Source: Bacilli bacterium
GTDB lineage: Bacteria > Bacillota_I > Bacilli_A > ML615J-28 > CAG-313
NCBI GenBank assembly: GCA_017411715.1
Contig: JAFQPO010000008.1
Location: forward strand, 2,013 to 66,012
Length of the DNA stretch: 64,000 nucleotides
Reading direction: 5' to 3'
The translations under genes were made by a program, and so were the position numbers. Below the pieces are notes generated by a model. The model was not told the DNA's origin. It saw only the letters and a list, made by a program, of their open reading frames with translations, and did not search any database. This document shows, one piece after another, positions 18,983-30,759 of the stretch; within the stretch, counting starts at the first letter, position 1; each line of letters opens with the position of its first letter.

Positions 18983-20009
18983 AAATGTTACTCCAATCTA
19001 CCTTTGTATCTTTTTCATAATAATAGTTACTATACTCTTGTAATTTTTTAGTTATTTCTTGTGAATTAATTGTTTTTTTGATTTTGTTTTCTAAAGTTTC
19101 TACACTTAAATCTTTTTCTTCTAAAATACATTTTTCTAATAACATTGCATTATGATATTGATGGTTATTAGTAACATTAGGAGAAGGTATTAAAATAGCA
19201 GCTACACTTGTACCAATTATCTCAAATAATGTGGTTGCACCTGCGCGAGATATAATTAAATTACTTTTAGCCATTTCAGTAATAGGATCATCTAAAAAAG
19301 GTAACACTTTAAAATGTTTATTTTTCTCACCTATCTTTTTGGTAACCATCTCATAATAATTATTACCAGTTACTAAAGTAATATCATATTTTTTAGATTC
19401 TTCCGTTTGTAAATATTCAATCATACATTCATTGATTTTTCTTGAACCAAGGGATCCACTCATAACTAGTATCTTATTAAAACTTGGTTTTATTATATCT
19501 TCTTTTACTTTTCTTGCGGTTAACATTCTCGGATTACCAATTAAACATTCATTTGGTACATTCATTAAAAAAGAAGTAAAAACAATTTTAGCTTTTTTGT
19601 AAAACAACTTATTAGCTAGCCCAAAACATGCATTTTGTTCATGAATCATATAAGGTATTCTTTTAATTCTCGCAGCAATAACACTAAGACCACCAACATA
19701 TCCTCCAGTTGATATAATTAGTGATGGTTTTATTTTTTTATAAATGGATAAAATATAAAATAAAGTTCTAATATATTTAAAACATGTATATATCATTTTA
19801 AAAATATTTCTACGATTTATCCCTTTAACATTTATTTTAAAAATCTCTTTAATAAATGAATTATTTCTAATTATACTAAATCTTTGATAGTCAATTTCCG
19901 TTGTTAATAAATAACATTCTTTATTATTTTGATTTAATTTTTCAATAAAACTAAGTCCAGGATTAATATGTCCTAAACTACCTCCACAAGCAACTAATAC
20001 TTTTGACAT
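18954..20009 (-). CDS. murG: Undecaprenyldiphospho-muramoylpentapeptide beta-N-acetylglucosaminyltransferase MurG
   Basis: 351 aa with N-terminal GGSLGHINP (MurG G-loop). Located between the SEDS protein and murB. Confidence 0.85.
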   Translation of the reverse strand: MSKVLVACGGSLGHINPGLSFIEKLNQNNKECYLLTTEIDYQRFSIIRNNSFIKEIFKINVKGINRRNIFKMIYTCFKYIRTLFYILSIYKKIKPSLIISTGGYVGGLSVIAARIKRIPYMIHEQNACFGLANKLFYKKAKIVFTSFLMNVPNECLIGNPRMLTARKVKEDIIKPSFNKILVMSGSLGSRKINECMIEYLQTEESKKYDITLVTGNNYYEMVTKKIGEKNKHFKVLPFLDDPITEMAKSNLIISRAGATTLFEIIGTSVAAILIPSPNVTNNHQYHNAMLLEKCILEEKDLSVETLENKIKKTINSQEITKKLQEYSNYYYEKDTKVDWSNIFEICNKFNH

Positions 20010-20018
20010 AATTCACTC

Positions 20019-21107
20019 CTAATATAATTGATCACGACTAATGTTTAATAAAATACCAACACTCATTAAAGTCATTACCAAGCTAGATCCTCCATAACTA
20101 ATAAAAGGCAGTGTAATACCAGTAATTGGCAGTAGACCTATTACTACACAAATATTAATTATTACTTGTATTAAAATCATACAAGTTATTCCCCTTGCGA
20201 GAAAAGCTTTATATATATTATTTACTCTAATACTTATTCTAAAACCTCTAATGAATAAAATAAAATATAAAGATAGTAAAAATATTCCTCCAAAAAGCCC
20301 TAGTTCTTCAGTAATGATTGCGAAAATAAAATCATTTTGAGGTTCTGGTAAAAAGAAATGTTTTTGAATACTATTATTGTATCCAAATCCAAATATACCA
20401 GAAGGTGCTACTGCGAATAATGACTGAATGCCTTGAAAACCACTCCCTAGTGGATCTTGCCATGGGTCAATAAATGAAAAAATTCTTTCTAAACGGTACG
20501 GAGCACTAATAATCAAACCTATAAATAAAGCTACTCCTACAATCCCTAAAAAAATAAAAAATTTCATTTTAGCTCCTGATAAAAAGATTAACGCAATACA
20601 TGTTAAAACTAACACTAATCCCGTACCAAAATCGGGCTGTAACATAATAATTCCAAAAATAACTCCTACAATCATAAGTAAAAATAAAAAGTATCTAAAC
20701 TTAGTCATTTCTTGATAATTATTAGAAAGAAATCTCGCTAAAAATAACACACAAGCGATTTTAGCAAATTCAGCTGGCTGAATGCTAAATATTCCAAAAC
20801 CAATCCAACTTCTTGCCCCTCCTCTAACACTACCAATACCTGGTATTAAAACTAATGCTAGTAATAGTATTGATACAAAGAAGATTATAAATGTTAATTT
20901 ATATATTTTCTTTAAATCGATTCTACTAATAACATACATTAAAAATATTCCCACAAAACCAAAGATTAACTGTCTTTTGAAATAATAAAATGCATCGTTG
21001 TATTTATAGTTAGCAACTACATTACTTGCGGAAAACACCATTAGTAGTCCGAATATCACAAGCATTATAATATCTATTAATAATATATAATCCATTTTCT
21101 TTCTCAT
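20019..21107 (-). CDS. SEDS-family peptidoglycan glycosyltransferase (FtsW/SpoVE/RodA)
   Basis: 362 aa, about 10 TM segments and conserved SEDS motifs (PDFGT, GSGFQ..QS). Its position upstream of murG corresponds to spoVE in Bacillus. Confidence 0.85.
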   Translation of the reverse strand: MRKKMDYILLIDIIMLVIFGLLMVFSASNVVANYKYNDAFYYFKRQLIFGFVGIFLMYVISRIDLKKIYKLTFIIFFVSILLLALVLIPGIGSVRGGARSWIGFGIFSIQPAEFAKIACVLFLARFLSNNYQEMTKFRYFLFLLMIVGVIFGIIMLQPDFGTGLVLVLTCIALIFLSGAKMKFFIFLGIVGVALFIGLIISAPYRLERIFSFIDPWQDPLGSGFQGIQSLFAVAPSGIFGFGYNNSIQKHFFLPEPQNDFIFAIITEELGLFGGIFLLSLYFILFIRGFRISIRVNNIYKAFLARGITCMILIQVIINICVVIGLLPITGITLPFISYGGSSLVMTLMSVGILLNISRDQLY

Positions 21108-21163
21108 AAGTTACCTCAATAATATTATGAAAATAAAAATGAAATAATGACAAAATAAAAAGC

Positions 21164-21210
21164 CTTTAAAAAGAACTTATTCGTTAAAAACGCACAGGTT
21201 CTTTTAAAGA
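21164..21210 (-). terminator. Long-loop hairpin / terminator after the serine hydrolase gene
   Basis: Perfect 13-bp inverted repeat ctttaaaaagaac ... gttctttttaaag with a 21-nt loop, followed on the minus strand by GCTTTTATTTTG. Confidence 0.4.
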
Positions 21211-22337
21211 CTTATTTTTGTTATTTCAACCAAATACTTAATTAATTCTTCTTGTAGTTTTGTCATATGGTCTTCATCTGTAAGGAAGTTTGCTCCATTA
21301 CATAAAAATATTAATCCTCCTAATTCATTATATAACATAAAACTTCTAAGGCCATATGCATTACCAAAATGTCCTTTTAATGGCTTTTTAGTAAATTGAT
21401 CCATAATAATCATTTGTAGACCTTTTTTTCGGTATGTAGGATCTTCTGGTATACCTTCCCACCAAACAGTTTCCATTTCATTTACTGTTTTTTCTTCTAA
21501 AATTCTTTGATTATTATAAATACCCTTATTCATTAACATACCCATGATTTTTGAAAGATCTTGGGCTGATATATATAATCCCCCCGCAACTCCTCGGTAG
21601 TTATCGCCAAGTGGATATTCCAAGCATTCGGTTTGTTTAAATGTTTGATGGTTTCCATATAAATGAAATTCATCATTCTCATATGTATAATGGCAAACTA
21701 TATCTTCTTCGTTTTCTACATCACTTACTCTGAATCCACTTTTAATATTAAGTGGTTCTAGTAAGACTTCCTTGATGTAATCACGGAAATGTTTTTTTGT
21801 TATTTTCTCACAAATACATGCTAAAATTCCGCAACCTAAGTTTGAATAGCTAAAATTTGTTCCAGGCTTGTGATTGCTGAAGGTATGATAATAGTAGATT
21901 GACGTAGGAGTTAGAATGTCTTCTAATTTAATATAATCATCAGTTTGATTAGCACCATAATAACCTTTATAAATTCCATTTTCAAATTTTCCATTATCAA
22001 TAATACTTGATACTTGTGTAAGAATCATTCTAAGAGTAATTATATCATTTGGGTAAAATGGGTTTTGGACTTTAAAACCTAAGTATTCTGATATATCTTG
22101 ATCTAAAGATAATTTATTTTGTTCATATAATTTTAAAAGCCCCACCGCAACAATAACTTTTGATACAGAAGCAATTTTATAAACTGAAAGAGTAGTAGTT
22201 GCTTCTTTTGTTTCTAAATTACTATAACCACTAGTAACATTTTCTAAATAACCATCATTTCTTAAGAATAATAAGTTTGACCCAACCATATTATACTTTT
22301 CTATAAATTTATGATATCCATCAAGATATTTATCCAT
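21204..22337 (-). CDS. Serine hydrolase, beta-lactamase/transpeptidase-like family
   Basis: 377 aa with an SxxK motif (SVSK) and a YSN motif (FSYSNLG), typical of class-C beta-lactamase-fold esterases and D-Ala-D-Ala carboxypeptidases. Confidence 0.7.
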   Translation of the reverse strand: MDKYLDGYHKFIEKYNMVGSNLLFLRNDGYLENVTSGYSNLETKEATTTLSVYKIASVSKVIVAVGLLKLYEQNKLSLDQDISEYLGFKVQNPFYPNDIITLRMILTQVSSIIDNGKFENGIYKGYYGANQTDDYIKLEDILTPTSIYYYHTFSNHKPGTNFSYSNLGCGILACICEKITKKHFRDYIKEVLLEPLNIKSGFRVSDVENEEDIVCHYTYENDEFHLYGNHQTFKQTECLEYPLGDNYRGVAGGLYISAQDLSKIMGMLMNKGIYNNQRILEEKTVNEMETVWWEGIPEDPTYRKKGLQMIIMDQFTKKPLKGHFGNAYGLRSFMLYNELGGLIFLCNGANFLTDEDHMTKLQEELIKYLVEITKISL

Positions 22338-22340
22338 ATA

Positions 22341-23111
22341 TTACTCACACACTAAATTATTTTCTAATTTGTTTTTTCTTTTAATGTATAAATGGAATGG
22401 TAAAGTAACAAGTGCCGCATATACATTAAGAATCGCAAGCGCAAATACTAAATATAAAAGTGGTACTGGAATAATTGACCAGAATAAATTAAGTAATGAT
22501 ATTCCTGAAGTATTAATTGTATAGAAATAATTAACATCAGCTGATGTAAGTGCTCTTAAAATTAAATTCACAAAATGCATCACTACACCAATGCACCCTG
22601 CATAGATATTTAAGAATAATAATTGTTTAAAAGTAGGTTTAAATAATTTAAGAGAAACTAAAAGTAATCCAACTATTACAATATTCAAATGAGTAAAATA
22701 ATAACCTATATTATAAAACTCAAAAATGCTTTCTCCTATAAACGATGGATCCGGAAAGCATACTGCCATAATTGCGCCAAGTGGAGCTATGTAAAAACCA
22801 TATGATAGTAGTTTTTTATTATTAATTAGAACAGAAATTGGCACTAAAAATAGACTAATATTACACAAATGTAATGGTAATTCTTCCCAAATATTAAATA
22901 CATAACCTTTATCAACTAGAGTTGCTGGGTTAGTAGATAAATTAATTTTATAAATAATAAAAAGAATTAAATTTAATCCACAATAACTTAAAAGAACTAT
23001 TTTTCTAGTTTTCTCTGATTTGTCTTTAAAAAAGAAAGTTATTGTTAAAAATATTAATAAACAAAATAAAATACAAATAAAAAATGTATCATTAAATGGT
23101 ATTATTCTCAT
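22341..23111 (-). CDS. Integral membrane protein of unknown function (about 7 TM)
   Basis: 256 aa, very hydrophobic, no diagnostic motif recognised. Confidence 0.5.
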   Translation of the reverse strand: MRIIPFNDTFFICILFCLLIFLTITFFFKDKSEKTRKIVLLSYCGLNLILFIIYKINLSTNPATLVDKGYVFNIWEELPLHLCNISLFLVPISVLINNKKLLSYGFYIAPLGAIMAVCFPDPSFIGESIFEFYNIGYYFTHLNIVIVGLLLVSLKLFKPTFKQLLFLNIYAGCIGVVMHFVNLILRALTSADVNYFYTINTSGISLLNLFWSIIPVPLLYLVFALAILNVYAALVTLPFHLYIKRKNKLENNLVCE

Positions 23112-23164
23112 AAGTCACCTCAAAACAACATTATACTATAAATATGCATAAAAGTAAAGATATA

Positions 23165-23197
23165 TGAAAAAAACACTAGACAACAGTCTAATGTTTT
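23165..23197 (-). terminator. Terminator of the lipoprotein gene
   Basis: Stem aacattagac/gtctagtgtt with loop tgtt on the minus strand, followed by TTTTTTTC. Confidence 0.5.
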
Positions 23198-23207
23198 AAT
23201 TTAGTTC

Positions 23208-24065
23208 TTAATATTCTAATACCGATATACTAAATCCTACATTAGGATCATCAAATACTAATAAGTATTTAATTCCTAAATAAGTAAATGTATAATCATT
23301 ACCATATGCTTCTAAATTACAATATGTTTTATACCAATCAATGATTGCATTTTGTTTAGCTTCTGCTGTTACAATGCCTTTTGATTCTAAGTATGATGGA
23401 TATGCAAACTTATAATATTTTTCGTCTAAGTATGTATCCCCTTTAACAAGGCGTTTTAACTCGATTCCGCTACCAACATTATATTTAGTATCATATGGTA
23501 AACTTAAAAGAAATAATTTATTTTTACCATCAATTTTTTTAACTAATAATGGCATTTCAATTGAAATTGTAATATTTGTTGTATACCAAAAAGAATAATA
23601 CGTTTTACCTTCACTTGTAAATGTGCGATATTGATATGAATATCTTGCACCTGTAGAATCCCATGAAACCATAATAATTTCTTTCGAATATCGGTTTGGT
23701 TCATCAATTGGTAATTTCTTACCATCAAAGATTGCTTCTTTATCATCAGCTGTACAATCATTAGAAACAGTGATATATGATTGATCTTTTATTGATTCTA
23801 TATGGCGAGCAAAATTATCACTAAACTTATATTGATCATTCCCCGCAAAAATATAATAACTAGGTGTACTTTGTTCCGCAACAGTAACTACTCCATCATA
23901 TTCAAATTTACGATTTGGTAAATTACCATGGTAAACTAAGTAATCAAGAATCTCACCAGATACAGTTATATTAACTCCACCCTCATGTTCTTGATTATCA
24001 CTGCACCCCGCAAGAGGTACTAATAAGCAAAGTAACAAAAATAATAAACTTAATTTTTTTCTCAT
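23208..24065 (-). CDS. Putative lipoprotein (function unknown)
   Basis: Signal peptide with lipobox LLVPLAGC, then a hydrophilic Y/K/D-rich 265-aa domain. Confidence 0.6.
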   Translation of the reverse strand: MRKKLSLLFLLLCLLVPLAGCSDNQEHEGGVNITVSGEILDYLVYHGNLPNRKFEYDGVVTVAEQSTPSYYIFAGNDQYKFSDNFARHIESIKDQSYITVSNDCTADDKEAIFDGKKLPIDEPNRYSKEIIMVSWDSTGARYSYQYRTFTSEGKTYYSFWYTTNITISIEMPLLVKKIDGKNKLFLLSLPYDTKYNVGSGIELKRLVKGDTYLDEKYYKFAYPSYLESKGIVTAEAKQNAIIDWYKTYCNLEAYGNDYTFTYLGIKYLLVFDDPNVGFSISVLEY

Positions 24066-24068
24066 ATT

Positions 24069-25211
<1,143 letters not shown>

Positions 25212-26744
25212 CTAGAAAAGGGAAGAAAAAATGTATAAAAAGTATTGTATGACTTTCTTAATAAAAGAACGTTTCTTCCAATTTTCATATGTAATAATTT
25301 TTGACTCATTAATGTTTTTAATAAAATCTTCTTCGATTTTTTTTATTTCTTGATCGTACATAATTAAATCTGCGCATTCAAAATGCAAATATAAACTACG
25401 ATAATCTAAATTAATTGTACCCAACATTGCATATTCTCCATCAACCACAATCTCTTTAGCATGATTAAAACCTGGAGTATATTCATAAATCTTACCACCT
25501 TTTTCAAGGATTTTTCGGTAATGCGCTTGTGTCATCCAAAAGACAACTTTTTTATCTGGAATACAAGGTACAAGTATTCTAACATCAACACCTGAAGCAC
25601 TAGCGTTTGCTAGAGCATCAATTATTTCTTGATTAACAATCAAGTAAGGTGTTGAAATATAAATATTCTTTTTAGCATTATTAACTAGTGATAAAATAAT
25701 ATCTGATGCTAAATCAACATTATTCATTGGCCCATCACCAAATGGAATGTGAATAGCTTCATTTTTAATATCACTGCGACAACGCATATATTTTGATGCA
25801 TCAAGCATCTTCTTACTTGATAAATACCACATTTCCACAAACATTAACACATAGCCTTTTACTGCTTCACCCATTAATCTAAAAGATGTATCACGCCAAA
25901 AGCCATGACGTTGTTTAATATGAACATATTCATCCGCAATATTATCACCACCACTATAGACAACATTTCCATCAATAATTGTCATTTTTCGGTGGTCACG
26001 ATAATTGATACCTAAACTTAATTTTGCGCCCATCGGATTGTAGGCAATGATTTCAATATTAGATTGTTTTTTTAAAAAATTAATTCTATCTTTAGATAGT
26101 CTTGTAATACTACCAATATCATCGTATAAAATTTTAACTTCTACTCCTTCTGAAGCTTTGTGAATTAAGATTTCTTCTAGTTCAGAAAATAATTTACCCT
26201 CTGCTAAAATAAAGTATTCCATAAAGATATATTGTTTAGCTTTCTTTATATCTTCAATCAAATCTTTTGTTTTATAAACGGGATCTGAATAAAATTTAAA
26301 ATCAGTATTTTTGTATACTTTTAAATTAGCTTGATTAATCAAAATAGAGGCATGCTTTTTACCAATCAAATCATTACTAAAGCATTCATCTAAATGTTCT
26401 TCTTCTTCGGTGTATTTAGAAATATACTGATTAACCTTCTTAATTTTTTTCTCTGGTAATCTTCTGTTTAATCCAACAATAAAAAACAAGAATACTCCAA
26501 ATAGTGGAAAAAGTGTCATTAGAATAGCCCAACTATATTTGTAGCTTGAATTATACTTAGATTGATATAAATATATTACACCTAATAAACTTAGAATTCT
26601 AAAAGTAACATTTATATATTTTACCTCGTTTATACTAGTAAAAAACAATGCATATAAAGCAACTTGTAAAAGAACTAATATCAGTGTAATAATAACATTT
26701 AAGACTCGTTTGATAATAGAATTAGTTCTACGTTCATTTTTCAA
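25212..26744 (-). CDS. cls: Cardiolipin synthase
   Basis: Two N-terminal TM helices and two HKD motifs (HRKMTIIDG and NHAKEIVVDG), typical of phospholipase D-superfamily cardiolipin synthases. Confidence 0.9.
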   Translation of the reverse strand: MKNERRTNSIIKRVLNVIITLILVLLQVALYALFFTSINEVKYINVTFRILSLLGVIYLYQSKYNSSYKYSWAILMTLFPLFGVFLFFIVGLNRRLPEKKIKKVNQYISKYTEEEEHLDECFSNDLIGKKHASILINQANLKVYKNTDFKFYSDPVYKTKDLIEDIKKAKQYIFMEYFILAEGKLFSELEEILIHKASEGVEVKILYDDIGSITRLSKDRINFLKKQSNIEIIAYNPMGAKLSLGINYRDHRKMTIIDGNVVYSGGDNIADEYVHIKQRHGFWRDTSFRLMGEAVKGYVLMFVEMWYLSSKKMLDASKYMRCRSDIKNEAIHIPFGDGPMNNVDLASDIILSLVNNAKKNIYISTPYLIVNQEIIDALANASASGVDVRILVPCIPDKKVVFWMTQAHYRKILEKGGKIYEYTPGFNHAKEIVVDGEYAMLGTINLDYRSLYLHFECADLIMYDQEIKKIEEDFIKNINESKIITYENWKKRSFIKKVIQYFLYIFSSLF

Positions 26745-26812
26745 TGTTATCCCTCCTACATATTCCCCTTTATTAATTATATCAAAAAATATTCATTTTA
26801 TCAAGACAAAAG

Positions 26813-26852
26813 AAAAAAGGTAATTAAACCAAATAGTTTAATTACCTTTTCT
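26813..26852. terminator. Bidirectional terminator after pgi
   Basis: Perfect 15-bp stem aaaaggtaattaaac/gtttaattacctttt with a 6-nt loop and T/A runs on both sides. It overlaps the pgi stop. Confidence 0.6.
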
Positions 26853-28160
26853 TGCTAATAACTCTTTTTGTAATTCTTCATATCCAGGTTTGCCAAGTAA
26901 CGCAAACATATTCTTTTTGTAACTTTCAACACCTGGTTGATTAAATGGATTTACTCCTAATAAGTAGCAATATACGCCACAACTAAACATGAAGAAATAT
27001 AATAAGTATCCTAAATGATATTCATCAATTTTAGAAATTTCGATTTCCGCATTAGGTACTCCACCATCTAAATGCGCAAGAATAGTTCCTTCTGTTGCTT
27101 GTTCACAAACATATGTTAATGTTTTACCAGCTAAATAGTTTAATCCATCAGCATTTTCTTTAGTTGCTTTTAACATTAAATCATATTCAGATGATGAAAC
27201 TTTTAATACTGTTTCACTCATAATGCGAGCACCTTCTTGAACAAATTGACCCATTGAGTGTAAATCAGTTGAGTATACTAAACTTGCAGGGAAAATACCT
27301 TTTTGATCTTTTCCTTCAGATTCGCCAAATAATTGTTTCCACCATTCACTAATGAATGATAGTTTTGGTTCATATGTAACTAAAATTTCAACATTCTTTT
27401 GTTTATCTAATAAAACTTTTCTTGTTGCTGCATAAAGTAAAGCAGGATTATCTAAATAAGGTTTACTATATGCTGCAAGTGATGAATCACGTGCACCTTG
27501 CATTAATTCATCAATGTCATATCCAGCAGCCGCAATAGGTAATAAACCAACTGCAGTAAATACAGAATATCTTCCACCAATATCATCAGGTATAACAAAT
27601 GTTTGATAACCTTTTTGATTAGCTTCACCTTTTAATGCACCACGTGCTTTATCAGTAGTTGCGTAAATTCTTTGGTTAGCTTCAGCTTCACCATATTTTT
27701 CAATTAATAAATTCTTTAAGAAATTAAAAGCAATTGCTGGTTCTGTAGTTGTTCCTGATTTAGAAATAACATTAATACTAAATTCTTTATTACGTAAGTA
27801 TTCAAGTAATTCATATTGATAGTTAGCAGAAAGATTGCAACCTGCAAAAATAATTTCTACCTTTTTATTTCCTTTATCAAAATAACTAGATAATGCACTT
27901 AATACTGCTTTAGCACCTAAATATGATCCACCAATTCCGATAACTACTAAACATTCTGAATCAGATTGAATCTTTTTAGCTGCTGCTTTAATGCGTGTGT
28001 ATTCTTCTTTATCATATTCAAAAGGCCATTTAAGCCAACCTAAGAAATCATTGCCGGCACCCTGTTTAGTAATTAAAGTAAGATATGCTTTTTGAACATC
28101 ACTTTGAATTTTTTGAAGTTCTTCGCGAGATACAGCTTTTTGATAATTATATTTGAACAT
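26838..28160 (-). CDS. pgi: Glucose-6-phosphate isomerase
   Basis: 440 aa, Gram-positive-type PGI (GGRYSV.TAVGLLP, GESEGK). Confidence 0.95.
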   Translation of the reverse strand: MFKYNYQKAVSREELQKIQSDVQKAYLTLITKQGAGNDFLGWLKWPFEYDKEEYTRIKAAAKKIQSDSECLVVIGIGGSYLGAKAVLSALSSYFDKGNKKVEIIFAGCNLSANYQYELLEYLRNKEFSINVISKSGTTTEPAIAFNFLKNLLIEKYGEAEANQRIYATTDKARGALKGEANQKGYQTFVIPDDIGGRYSVFTAVGLLPIAAAGYDIDELMQGARDSSLAAYSKPYLDNPALLYAATRKVLLDKQKNVEILVTYEPKLSFISEWWKQLFGESEGKDQKGIFPASLVYSTDLHSMGQFVQEGARIMSETVLKVSSSEYDLMLKATKENADGLNYLAGKTLTYVCEQATEGTILAHLDGGVPNAEIEISKIDEYHLGYLLYFFMFSCGVYCYLLGVNPFNQPGVESYKKNMFALLGKPGYEELQKELLARKGN

Positions 28161-29857
28161 TATTTAATTGCCTCCATCATTTTATTTAAAACAGTTTTTA
28201 AGCGTGCTACAAATTCATACGCACTTGCTTTGTCTTCTCCACGAACCGCAATATAAATTTTTAATTTAGGTTCTGTTCCTGATGGACGAAGAACAAACCA
28301 TCCACCATCTTCAAAGATATATTTTAGAACGAATGATTTAGGTAAAGTAAGACGAGATTTTTTATTATTTTCGTACTTAATACCTTGATCATAGTCTTCA
28401 ATGATAGTTACCTTACGGCCCGCAATTTCAGATATTCTCATACCTTGGAATGTACGCATAATTTTTTCAATTTTCTTACTTCCATCAAGACCTGTTAAAT
28501 AAATATTTTCAACACCTTCTGCATAATATCCATATTCTGCATAAATATCATCTAAAACTTCAACTAATGTTTTATTTAATGATTTATAATATGATGCTAC
28601 TTCTGATAATAATAATGTTGCTTGAAGTGAGTCTTTATCACGAACAAAGTCTTTAATAACATATCCGTATGATTCTTCATAACCAAAGAAGAATTCTTGA
28701 TCTGTATTTTCAATTAACATTGCTTGTTCACCAATGAATTTAAAGCCAGTTAATGTTTGAACTAAATTTAAATTATGTTTAGCACAAATTGCGGCTGCAA
28801 TGTTAGATGAAACAATTGTATTATAAACATTAGCAGTTTTTTCATGTTTTCTGAATTTTGCAAGATAATCAAGTAAAATTGCGCCTGTTTGGTTACCTGT
28901 TAATAATACATATTCACCAGTTTTTGGATCGATTGCCGCAATACCCATTCTATCTGCATCAGGGTCTGTAGCAATTAAAATATCAGCTTTTTCTTTTTTA
29001 CCAAGTTCTAATGCTTTTTCAAAAGCACTTGCATTTTCAGGATTTGGTGAAGCAACAGTTGTAAAATTGCCATCAGGAATCATTTGTTCTTTAACTGGAA
29101 TAACATTATATCCAACTTCAGTTAATAAATCAACTAATGATACTGATGCTGTACCATGAAGTGGTGTGAAAACAATTTTAATATTTTTCTTATCTACTTC
29201 TTGGAATTTAACAGTTTTAACTTGTTCTAAATATGCTTCATCAACTTCTTTATCAATCATAACTACTAAACCTTCTGAAACAAGTTCATCAAAGTCGCGT
29301 AGAGGTACTTGGAATAAATCTTCAATGCCATTAATTCTTGCGATTGCTTTATCCGCAAGTTCTGGAACTAATTGGCATCCTAAATGGTCATATACTTTAT
29401 ATCCGTTGTATTCAGGTGGATTGTGACTAGCTGTTACCATTATACCGCCACAGCATCCTAAATGTCTAACTGCGAAACTAAGTTCAGGAGTAGGACGAAG
29501 TGAACTAAATAAATATGTTTTAACTCCATTTGCACCTAATACCATTGCTGAACGTTTTGCGAATTCAAAAGAATTATTACGGCAGTCATATGAAATAACA
29601 ACTCCACGTTCTTTTAAATCCTCATATTCTTCATTCATATATAGATAAAAACCATATGTTGCTTTTTGAATTGTATAAATGTTCATACGATTAGTACCAA
29701 CACCCATAACACCACGCATACCACCAGTACCAAATGCTAAATCAGTATAGAATGCGTCTTCTAATTTTTCACGATCTAGACTTTCTAGTTCGCTTTTTAA
29801 ACTAGCATCTAAATCTTTGTATTCTCTCCATTTTTTTACATTTTGTAAATATTCCAT
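28160..29857 (-). CDS. pgcA: Phosphoglucomutase (alpha-D-phosphohexomutase family)
   Basis: 565 aa with active-site TASHNP, metal site DPDADR and a sugar-binding loop. Similar to B. subtilis PgcA. Confidence 0.9.
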   Translation of the reverse strand: MEYLQNVKKWREYKDLDASLKSELESLDREKLEDAFYTDLAFGTGGMRGVMGVGTNRMNIYTIQKATYGFYLYMNEEYEDLKERGVVISYDCRNNSFEFAKRSAMVLGANGVKTYLFSSLRPTPELSFAVRHLGCCGGIMVTASHNPPEYNGYKVYDHLGCQLVPELADKAIARINGIEDLFQVPLRDFDELVSEGLVVMIDKEVDEAYLEQVKTVKFQEVDKKNIKIVFTPLHGTASVSLVDLLTEVGYNVIPVKEQMIPDGNFTTVASPNPENASAFEKALELGKKEKADILIATDPDADRMGIAAIDPKTGEYVLLTGNQTGAILLDYLAKFRKHEKTANVYNTIVSSNIAAAICAKHNLNLVQTLTGFKFIGEQAMLIENTDQEFFFGYEESYGYVIKDFVRDKDSLQATLLLSEVASYYKSLNKTLVEVLDDIYAEYGYYAEGVENIYLTGLDGSKKIEKIMRTFQGMRISEIAGRKVTIIEDYDQGIKYENNKKSRLTLPKSFVLKYIFEDGGWFVLRPSGTEPKLKIYIAVRGEDKASAYEFVARLKTVLNKMMEAIK

Positions 29858-29863
29858 TTTACT

Positions 29864-30739
29864 TTATTCCTTTCCCATAACTTTATTAACAATATTATAA
29901 TAGCCGCCTAATAACCCACCATTATTTTTATGAATTGATACTTCAATTGTAACTGTATCATAAAAATCCGGATCAATAACACGTTTTAATTCTCGATGGA
30001 TCTCTTCTCTTAGTGTAGGTCTATTAGTAATTCCTCCACCTATCATCACGGCCTCAGGATTAAATATATAAACTAAATTAGCAATTCCAATTGCTAGATA
30101 GTGATAGAATTCATTAACTACTTTAATAGCAGTTTCATTCTTTGCGTCATAATATCGATAAACATCTAAACCATTTTCAACATCTAAACCAGCATTTTTA
30201 GCTCTTTCAATTAATGCGGAAGTTGAAGCTAAATTTTCAAATGTTTCTTCACCAATAATCATTCTACCAAATTCACCCGCATTATAATTTAAACCATGCA
30301 TAACTTTATCATCATAAATAATTGCCCCACCAATACCAGTACCGATAGTCATCATTAAGAAATTATCATATGTAATACCTGCTCCTGCCACACTTTCTGC
30401 TTGGCCAAAACAGTTTACATCATTGTCAGCCGCAACCATTAAATTAAAATGTTTTTTAAATAGTTCAGTAAAATTCATTCCTTTAGTCGTTTTTAGTTTA
30501 TCCCCTGGTATTAATATTTTACCATGTTCACAATCAATAGAGCCAGCACAACTAATACCAACGCCACAAACTTCATGACGTGATAATAATTCTTTTCCTG
30601 CTTCCACTAATCGTCTTTCAATATCTTCACGACCTAAATAAACATTAGTTTTCATTGAATATTTTTCGATGATCTTGCCATCTTCAACAATACCATATTT
30701 AATATCAGTTCCACCAATATCATAACATAATGCTTTCAT
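29864..30739 (-). CDS. ROK-family glucokinase
   Basis: 291 aa with N-terminal DIGGT.IK and a ROK Cys/His zinc motif region (CGVGISCAGSIDCEHGKI). It clusters with pgcA and pgi. Confidence 0.7.
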   Translation of the reverse strand: MKALCYDIGGTDIKYGIVEDGKIIEKYSMKTNVYLGREDIERRLVEAGKELLSRHEVCGVGISCAGSIDCEHGKILIPGDKLKTTKGMNFTELFKKHFNLMVAADNDVNCFGQAESVAGAGITYDNFLMMTIGTGIGGAIIYDDKVMHGLNYNAGEFGRMIIGEETFENLASTSALIERAKNAGLDVENGLDVYRYYDAKNETAIKVVNEFYHYLAIGIANLVYIFNPEAVMIGGGITNRPTLREEIHRELKRVIDPDFYDTVTIEVSIHKNNGGLLGGYYNIVNKVMGKE

Positions 30740-30759
30740 TCAATCACCATTTTCTTTCT

